Source: Dimorphilus gyrociliatus (Eukaryota; Animalia; Annelida). From it: a DNA stretch of 64,000 nt. The notes under the pieces were generated by a model. That model saw only the letters and a program-made list of their open reading frames with translations. It made no database searches and was not told the origin of the DNA. The DNA lies in the NCBI GenBank assembly GCA_904063045.1, contig CAJFCJ010000001.1:558001-622000 (forward strand), written 5' to 3'. How positions within the stretch are numbered: position 1 is the first letter of the stretch; every line of letters begins with the position of its first letter. Shown here piece by piece: positions 56,107-64,000 of this stretch. Made by a program: the position numbers and the translations under genes.

Positions 56107-57649
56107 ATGAGGCACGTAAGAGATCCGTTAACTGGACGATGTGTCGTTTGTGATAAAGGTGGAGCGATGCATCCCCATCATTCTTCCCCGCCTTCAAAAT
56201 GGAATCAAGTATGTATAATAAGAAGTTTTGTTCGTTTCTTATAATGAAAAGGTGATTTTAGGCTCGGAAAGTAATTTACGTCAATGGAATGAGACCAAAT
56301 ACGTCACCTAACTCTTCTCCAACGCCTTCAGTACGTTACGTTAGAGACGGGTCTCCTCGTCGAGAGCCACCACCGAAGCCAGATGTGATTTATGTGAATA
56401 GAGAATCGAGACCAAGATCAGCTCCTCGAGATGTCACAATTGTACACAAAGAACCTCGGTCTAAATCACTACCCCGAGAGACAACTTTCTACAATGATCG
56501 TCCACCTCATCAACAGAGACCTGATGTTACTTATGTCCATCGAGATAGAAGTCCATCTCCCAGATTGAGAACAATTGTGCACAGAGCTACCGATAATGCA
56601 AGCGATATAAGTGCAAGATCAAGACCTTCAGTTGTAAGAGAAACTCACATTCACGAAAGACCTAGATCTGGATCTACTGTTATTTCAAAACCTAGCTCAA
56701 CAGTAATCACTCGATCATCTTCCCCACCTCCAAGGTTTTATCCGTTTTTAATGAAATGACACTGTTTTCATCAGGGATTTTTCAAACACAGGTACTCAAA
56801 AACAATTAGGCATAGAGACGAATCTCCTGAGCCTGGATGTTGCGGGGGTAGTAGTTCAAAATCAAGGGGAAGAACCGTTGTTCACAAACATGGAAGAAGC
56901 GGAAGAAATGGAGATGTTGAACATGTTTATCATCATCGAAACGGCAAAGTAGATCCAAACTATTCACGAACAACTGAACACCACTATCGTGTAAGTTGTA
57001 AATGAACAATAAGTGAACACAATATGTTGTTCATCTTTCAGTTTTTAACTACTTTTCATTATTAAAAACAGGGAGAAAGAACTACGTCCAAATCCTACCA
57101 TAGCAGAGGTGGTGCACCCGATAGTTCATGTGGAAGACGCCAGTGTTGCGCAGTTCTTCTAACCCTCCTCTTTCTGTTGGCTCTGGCTGGTTTGGCTCTT
57201 GGATTATATTTCGGAATTAAATGTAATAAAACATCTAATTGAAATGTTTTTATTTTATAGCTAATTTGTAATCATTTTATAATAATTTAGCTGCTAAGGA
57301 TAAGGCTGAAAGAAATGATCCTGCAAACCGTTATCCCGGAGGATATTATGTTGATGGTGTTTATGTATATCCGGTTACCAGAAGACCAAGTAGACCCTAT
57401 TTCGTTCTCGGAAAGGACCAACCTTGTAATCCTTTTAATAATGGAACTGATGCTACGACTGCTGTACCAAATTGCGCAGAAACTACAACAAGAGTGGTTT
57501 TGGCCAATTTTACTTTGGAACCACTACCCAGTTTTAGACCAGTTTATCTGGCATCAGGAAACAGAATATCGCCTCTATCAGTATTATTCGTAACTAATTT
57601 TGGCCTATTTCTATTATTGGCCGTAAAATCACCTTTAAATCGCTATTAA
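56107..57649 (+). CDS. Orphan membrane protein: Arg/Ser/Pro/His-rich disordered N-terminus, TM helix, short glycosylated ectodomain, second hydrophobic C-terminal segment
   Basis: Five exons with canonical sites and consistent phases (56107-56208, 56262-56734, 56791-56991, 57072-57221, 57291-57649; inner boundaries approximate to within a few bases). TM: QCCAVLLTLLFLLALAGLALGLYFGIK. An additional upstream exon cannot be excluded. Confidence 0.75.
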
Positions 57650-57915
57650 TTGGTATTATACACAAAAAGGTGCAAATAAAAAGAATCTTCTTATCCAAAG
57701 TGTTAATCTTCTTTGTAACGAGTAATCTGGATTAATAAACAGCAGGTTGCCTAAATCTTTAACCTTAATCATGTTGTTGTTACTTAACAGAAGATATCAT
57801 TCGTCCAAATATCGAGCTAGTCCCATTTTTGCATTGTATTTTATCTTTCCTTTCAAATAATATGGATATAAATAATTATATATATGCTTCTACAGAATAT
57901 GATATATGGCTTTAA

Positions 57916-57945
57916 ATTATTATTATTATTATTATTATTATTATT
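57916..57945. repeat. (ATT)n microsatellite
   Basis: Read directly. Confidence 0.9.
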
Positions 57946-58310
57946 GTTATATTACGACTAATCTGCAAAATCAGTGTTGCCTATTTAAACGAGAATTGTA
58001 CCGAATAAACGCATTTATATTGATAATAACTATACTAATTCTTTCCTACTCGCTATGGGAGTACGACTCATGAGATAGGCTTAAATTGATAGTATTAAAA
58101 AGAAGGTATATTGTCTATTTTAATTAAAAATTCGCTAATACTAACAAGGATTAACAGTTGGCGGTACTGTCTTTCATTTATCTTAATCTTTTATTTTTTT
58201 CTTACTAAACATATATATATCATTGGTAAATATCTACCAATATCACCATTCTACATAAAATCTATTAATATATACCTAATTTCGGCAATCCTATCTCTAT
58301 AAAATGGAGA

Positions 58311-58312
<2 letters not shown>

Positions 58313-58345
<33 letters not shown>
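58313..58345. repeat. (AT)n microsatellite
   Basis: Read directly. Confidence 0.9.
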
Positions 58346-58349
<4 letters not shown>

Positions 58350-58680
58350 ATATTAGTATAAATAGAAAAACTCTGAAAATAAAAGGAGTGTGTATTTATA
58401 TTTGAAAATTGACGAGATATTAAAATTTGCATATTCAGAGATAAAAGATCTCGATAGGCCTTATTATTGATTTGATACACGTGGAACAAGTAAGGGAAAA
58501 TTTAGCATAGTCTAATAAGTAATATTTTACATAGACTAGTTATTTCGTTTAAATTATGACAATTACGATAGTACGATATAAGAACTATAGTATTACTTGG
58601 AAAACATAAAGGAGAAATGCTTCGTTTCTGGACCGCCAAGAAACCAGAATTCTTCCTGTTTAGAATGATAAGAGAAATAA

Positions 58681-59417
58681 TTAATTATGTTTTACTATGG
58701 GAATTCTGGTATAATTAATTACGTTGTTAGATGGTAAAGCTTCTTTGGGATAGCAAGAGAATCTATCGATATCGAATAATTCTTCTAGTACTTGATCTGC
58801 CTCTTGATCTAGATAGTCCAACGTTGCTCTACTCCAACCTTTAAGAAAGTAGAAATATAATGAATAGAACAAATAAAGACAATTAAAGATTATATACTAT
58901 ATTGATTATATCTATAAGTTGAGAATTCGCTTAATGGTACACAAGTCGTTGGATCAACTGTCGTTATGAAATTCCAATCTTTGTAGGTGTAATTGTAGGT
59001 TTCAGTTTGTATTCCCATAAGAGGACTTCCAATATAGTCTTTATAAAGGATGTCAGCATCATTTGGTATACAAGGCAATCGCATTGCGGAAGATAGAGCT
59101 TGAAAGTGGCATTTATGATTTCTTACGACGTATCTCTTCCTATTCTTAAAATTTTCGACCCACAACAATTCTTCATATTCACCTGTTTCCTGGATTCTTC
59201 TAAATCTGAAAGCCCACCTTCTATTCGGATAATCAAATGATAAAACCTGCTCAGTATCGGATATTCCTGGAATAGGTTCTGAAGGTTGTCCGCTATAAGA
59301 TCCAATATAAGCTGTAAATACTTCAGGAAAACAGCAGTTTTTATTACATTTTTCACTTTCGCCAGTTATTATTTGAATTAAAACTACTAAGCATAGAATT
59401 ACCAATACTTTGGCCAT
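58681..59417 (-). CDS. Ependymin-related (EPDR) secreted protein A
   Basis: ATG at 59417. Signal peptide, CCFP, SFDYPNRR, KC..., LPCIP, IG, CVP and a terminal Cys give the ependymin Cys spacing. One intron (58897-58840, approximate). Confidence 0.8.
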
Positions 59418-59569
59418 CTTTATCGAATCACTTAAACCTAACAATTGGTAGACGTATACAGTATTTCACCAACAGCTTTCATTTCTCATGATTTTGTTCT
59501 AAAGATAAGATATAAAATTTATCGTTCTCTTCTTTCCTGTAGATATTAGCACATTCTATAAAATTTGGT

Positions 59570-60712
59570 ATGGATTTGCCAAAAACCTTTAAATTAGAGA
59601 GATATTTCGCTCAATACGAATTCGACAACACAAAGAAACTTCTATGCTGTTCCGATGCCGAATCATTCGATTTGAAAACATTATTATCGCTAGGCTCGTC
59701 CGAAGATGTTGAAAAATGGAACAATTTAAAGCTATGCTACACCGATAGTCAAGGATCGCTGGAATTACGTACCGAAATTTCAAAATTGCAAGATATTAAC
59801 CCAGAAAATATACTAGTTTGCGTTCCTGCAGAAGGTATTTTTATTGCTTTGACATGTTTAGCAAAAGAATTAAAAGGCAAAAAAGCAATTGTTTGTTGGC
59901 CTTGTTATCAAAGTTTAATCGAGGTATTAGAATCCAATGGTGTTACAACTGACAAGTGGCTTGCTAGATATTCATCGGAAAAGGGGTGGTATTTTGACAT
60001 GAATGAATTAAGAGGTCTGATAAAGGACAATGTGGGCCTAGTTGTTGTCAATTTTCCACATAATCCTACATCCTTTTTACCGTCAACTGACGAATTTAAC
60101 GAGCTAATAAAACTGTGCAAAGAAAACGACATTTATTTGTTTAGCGACGAAATGTATAGGATGACTGAAAGATCTATACCCCATTTATCGTCGGCTTGTA
60201 GCGTTTATGATAAAGCGATAAGCCTATCCGGTTTATCTAAATCTTTTGGATTACCAGGTTTAAGAGTTGGGTGGCTATGTTGTCAAAATGATGAAATACT
60301 TGGAAAGTTTAAAGGCCTAAAAGATTATTTAACCATATGCTCTTCTTCTCCAACCGAAGCTTTAGGTGTGATAGCCCTGAAGAATAGGGATGCTCTAACA
60401 ACTACTATTCAATTGATAATTAAGAAGAATTTATCATTGGTATCTGCTTTGGCGGTAAAGTATCAAGAGCTAATCGAATGGCACGAGCCTAAAGCAGGAA
60501 CCACAGGCTTTATGAAATTAAGAGAAAAACTGCTAAAAGGCAGAACAGCCACCGATGTTTGCGCAGAGCTTGTCGATAAATTCAATATTGTTCTTCTACC
60601 AGCTAAAACTTATCAGTACGAAGACAAGTACGTCCGTTTCGGTTTTGCCAGAAAAGACATGGAAATTCTATTAACAGACTTCGACAATTTCCTTTCTCAA
60701 TATGCAAATTAG
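59570..60712 (+). CDS. PLP-dependent class I/II aminotransferase-fold enzyme, bacterial-type (capreomycidine synthase/VioD-like family)
   Basis: Intronless 380-aa ORF with FKLERYFAQYEF, NFPHNPT, FSDEMYR, SLSGLSKSFGLPGLRVGW (PLP lysine) and a late VRFG motif. Confidence 0.9.
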   Translation: MDLPKTFKLERYFAQYEFDNTKKLLCCSDAESFDLKTLLSLGSSEDVEKWNNLKLCYTDSQGSLELRTEISKLQDINPENILVCVPAEGIFIALTCLAKELKGKKAIVCWPCYQSLIEVLESNGVTTDKWLARYSSEKGWYFDMNELRGLIKDNVGLVVVNFPHNPTSFLPSTDEFNELIKLCKENDIYLFSDEMYRMTERSIPHLSSACSVYDKAISLSGLSKSFGLPGLRVGWLCCQNDEILGKFKGLKDYLTICSSSPTEALGVIALKNRDALTTTIQLIIKKNLSLVSALAVKYQELIEWHEPKAGTTGFMKLREKLLKGRTATDVCAELVDKFNIVLLPAKTYQYEDKYVRFGFARKDMEILLTDFDNFLSQYAN

Positions 60713-61206
60713 CTTTTGAAAAAGTTCTATTTCATTCAATATCCAAATGTATTCTAATATAATATTTAAAAATACTTTAACTTTAGAGATATTTTATTCA
60801 CTATTTTAAAATAAATTCATATATAATTAACCAGCTGATTCAATATCACGTGTTGAAAGGCCTACTTAATTGCAAATTAGTTAATTGTTTATAATTATTT
60901 AAACATTAAGCGCTTTCAATGAATAAATTCAATGGGTTTTTGACAATTTGAATTAGTTTTTTCATTAAATTTCCTTATCTACTAAATACAACTTAAAACA
61001 CTGATGCAAACAACAATTGAAGCTTTTGAATTAAGCTGTTAGATGATGCCCGCTACCGCTTAAAGTTAAAAGATACACAAATACAAGATCAAATAGATCC
61101 GCTCACCTATATTTTTTTAACACTATAAAAGAATAGTGTTTTTCTATTATGAGAAACGTAAACAATAAAGTTGTTAGTACATTCAAGACAAAAAAAAATT
61201 GACACT

Positions 61207-62211
61207 ATGTTTCTAAGAAGAGGTTTACTCTTTTTATTTATAATCTATTGTTCTGGCATTAGATTCGCCGATTCGAATAACGTTTTCAATAGTATTTGGA
61301 GATTTACAAACAACAAACTTGAAAAGAATAAACCCGATCCTAATAAATGTTGTACACCTCTTATTTGGCAAGCAGATTTTATTCAAACTGAAGGCTTGGC
61401 TATAGATTATGGAAGAACATCCTCTTCTCAGGTGAAAATAAATTTTAACACAATATATCTTATAACTGTTTCTTTGTAGGCAAACGGTATCGTTTACATG
61501 AACTCTACTCAACAAAAGTTCGCTGTTAACGCTTCGATAACATTAAACGGAGATAAAGATGGAGAAATACATTTTTTACTGTTGGATTATAAGAATGGCG
61601 TTGGTTTTTCTGTATTGAATGGAAAATGCTTTAAATTACAGATAACTGAAACATGGCCTGGAAATTGTCTACCACGTAATACAATCTAATTAAACGATTG
61701 AATAGTATCAAATTTATTCGTTTAAATAGCAACTACCAAACTTATAAAATCGACAAAAATTGGACTGGGTAAAAACCTTTTAAAAGGGCAAATTTGGAAA
61801 TCAACCGTCTCAACTTATACATCTGAGGAAAGAGTGACAATAATAACGGCCAAAGACGGTTCTAATTGCGTACCTGTATCGGTAACAATGTATGGTAGCG
61901 AACTAACTACTAAAGACGGTAGAATATTTTAATTCCCTTGATAATATCTTTTATCACATTCCTTATCTTCTCCTAGTACGATTTGTCGGCAATATAAATT
62001 ACATGAATGTTCAAACAAAAATTGATAACGTCAAGGTATTTGACCCGCCGTTCGGCTGTAAACCCATAGACGTTAGTTAATTAATATATCGTTTCGTTGA
62101 GTAATGAAACTAAAACTAAAAACTATTAATCTTAAACAGGAAAATGATTCAGATTTTAACAAAATATTTCCATACTTTCTTTTACGATTACACAATCGCC
62201 AAGAAAAATGA
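61207..62211 (+). CDS. Ependymin-related (EPDR) secreted protein B
   Basis: Exons 61207-61431, 61481-61675, 61730-61919, 61978-62071 (approximate) and probably 62140-62211. CCTP..WQA, DYKNG..F...GKC, NCLP, IG, NCVP and VFDPPFGC ependymin motifs. Confidence 0.85.
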
Positions 62212-62696
62212 AGAGTGAAAAGAGAAGCATTATTGGGATTAATTATGCAAGTAGCCGTATTTTTCTCCTTGCTTAACCATTTCTTTTTAGCTAGTAATGG
62301 CTAATTAATGACTAATTTATTAGATGAATAAAAAGTATCTTGTGGCTTGTTAATTGCGAATAATTTAATGTATTTACGCAATTATTCGGTACCTTTTTCG
62401 CAGCATGAGAATTTGGTGGAAATTTAGTGAAGTCGCCGGAATTTACGTAATCTATTATGCAACGTGGCCGTTCACACTACGCTATTGAAAGCTATTACAG
62501 ATAACAGTAAACTTAAGATAATAAAATGCGGGTAAAGAAAGACCTTAGATCGATTCTTAGATTACATAACAGACGTCGGTCTTAATCAACAATAGTCTGA
62601 TAGCGTAATTGTTTATCGGTAACCGTATCGTGTCAATTATATAATTAAGACTCCTTAAAAGGGGGAACATTACTTCTCAGCGCAACAGTCGCAGAA

Positions 62697-63134
62697 ATGG
62701 CATCGGAGAGACTATACGAAACAAAATCCGAAGTTAGCATTGAATTTGCTAAACGTAACTTGAATCGTTACGCCTTTAGTTCTCCTGAGGAAACGGAGAG
62801 TTGTAATACAACCTATTCTACACCTGAAAAGTCATTTGTAACACCTGCAGCCGCAAAAATTCACCGACGTCGACTAGCCATAAGAGATTTGTCTGCAATG
62901 AAAAATTTTAACTCGCCATGCTATTCACCGAAAACGGATGACGAACATTTTGCCAGAAAAAAGGAATTAAACAAGGATAATCTATTTAACTGCTGCGAAC
63001 CAGAACTTGGTCGTCCTCTAAAAAGCCGTTCGAGACTAAATAGAATTAACAAAAACAGCCGAGTCGTAAGACGCTTGTTTCCAGATGCAGAAGATGAAAA
63101 TAATGAGTATACCCGTTTACTTTCTATTGAATAG
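62697..63134 (+). CDS. Orphan 145-aa disordered protein with multiple S/T-P sites and RxL motifs
   Basis: ATG in AAAATGG context, coding-like composition relative to the AT-rich flanks, downstream AATAAA signals. No domain recognised. Confidence 0.65.
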   Translation: MASERLYETKSEVSIEFAKRNLNRYAFSSPEETESCNTTYSTPEKSFVTPAAAKIHRRRLAIRDLSAMKNFNSPCYSPKTDDEHFARKKELNKDNLFNCCEPELGRPLKSRSRLNRINKNSRVVRRLFPDAEDENNEYTRLLSIE

Positions 63135-63569
63135 AAAACACTTTTTAACATAAAACAAAATGTAAAAGAAAAGTACCAACAGTGTTGTTTGTAAAAGAAA
63201 AAAGAACTTTTTCCTATTTGCCTGTTGTTTTTTTATCATTTTATAAAATTTGTTCTTTTTAAATGTTAAAGTTAAAGAAAAAAGAAACAGCGTTAGATTT
63301 GGTCATTTAAAAAAAACCGCAAAATCATATCAAGACTTCAGAAATGACAAAGGAAAAAACATGTTTTTGTTCAGTATTTTTAATAAAAAAAAAACAAGGA
63401 AAAAATTGTAATTTGTTTAAATCTTACTTTTCAATAAACCATTTTAAAATAATTTCTCAAATCTGGTAATTTAATTTATTTTATCGAGATTTTTAAAGAA
63501 TTTGTTTATATCATCATACAAAAGAAATAACTATTAAATGTACCAAATTCTAGTCAGTACATTAAATAT

Positions 63570-63812
63570 TTAATTACTTCCTCCAACTAATACTCCAGTA
63601 CTTTTAGGTTTTTCTGCTGTCTTCTCTTCTTTTCCTTCATCTCTCTCATTTCTAAATTGAATATCGTACTTTTCTCTATATTCGTTAATTTCTTTGCCTT
63701 TTTGTTCTAACTGCTTTTCCAAAGATTTGATAAGCTCATTCAATTTTACACAATTGTGTGCTAAAGCTGGGATGACATCTTTGACGGTTCTTTCAACAGT
63801 TACTGTTCCAAC
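63570..63812 (-). CDS. PFDN2: Prefoldin subunit 2, last exon (gene continues beyond the window)
   Basis: TTTCAG acceptor, then VGTVTVERTVKDVIPALAHN...LEQKGKEINEYREKY...STGVLV, matching the PFDN2 C-terminus. Stop TAA at 63570-63572. Confidence 0.88.
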   Translation of the reverse strand, partial: VGTVTVERTVKDVIPALAHNCVKLNELIKSLEKQLEQKGKEINEYREKYDIQFRNERDEGKEEKTAEKPKSTGVLVGGSN

Positions 63813-64000
63813 CTGAAAGTGATTATCGGAATAATGTTAATAGAGTAAGTCATTCAGTGATGGTTAAATGAATGCTAAATAAATACGTCAGGTAGAATCT
63901 AAACATCCTGTATTTTTATATGGAATTAAAACAGTGTTTGCCATTTACTGTGTACCTGGATGTTACCTTTACATTGCTATATAAACTCACGTGTTTTCGC

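Noticed and set aside
63813-64000. PFDN2 junction apparently lacking the conserved CYRM residues if the GTGAGT donor at 63990 is used; two CTGA boxes in the intron suggested a snoRNA
   Set aside because: The window ends 10 nt into the putative exon, so the true donor cannot be fixed, and no box C (RTGATGA) is present.

Overview
Eukaryotic (animal) genomic DNA: very AT-rich and gene-dense, with mostly 50-110 bp spliceosomal introns. This fits a compact-genome invertebrate; the gene set suggests a lophotrochozoan/annelid, but the species cannot be established from sequence. I assembled about 19 protein-coding genes by hand from the ORF track plus splice sites: two tandem secreted VWA-EGF paralogs, a macrodomain-RING-Deltex E3, a ZU5/death-domain protein, PDCD6/ALG-2, EDEM3, PRMT1, OTUD3, BRK1, LEKR1, DXO, a ~10 kb divergent IP3-receptor-superfamily channel, a third (probably GPI-anchored) triple-VWA gene, an orphan membrane protein, two ependymin-related genes flanking an intronless bacterial-type PLP aminotransferase, an orphan CDK-site-rich ORF and the last exon of PFDN2. 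I recognised no rRNA, tRNA, CRISPR array or intact transposon. The best leads are: (1) an IP3R-like channel whose selectivity filter has lost GGGVGD; (2) a VWA family with a homogenised framework and a fixed-length hypervariable Cys loop, in secreted and membrane forms; (3) a macrodomain-Deltex fusion; (4) a candidate horizontally acquired aminotransferase; (5) an orphan with tetherin-like topology. All alignments and family assignments were made by eye from remembered sequences; no database search was run.
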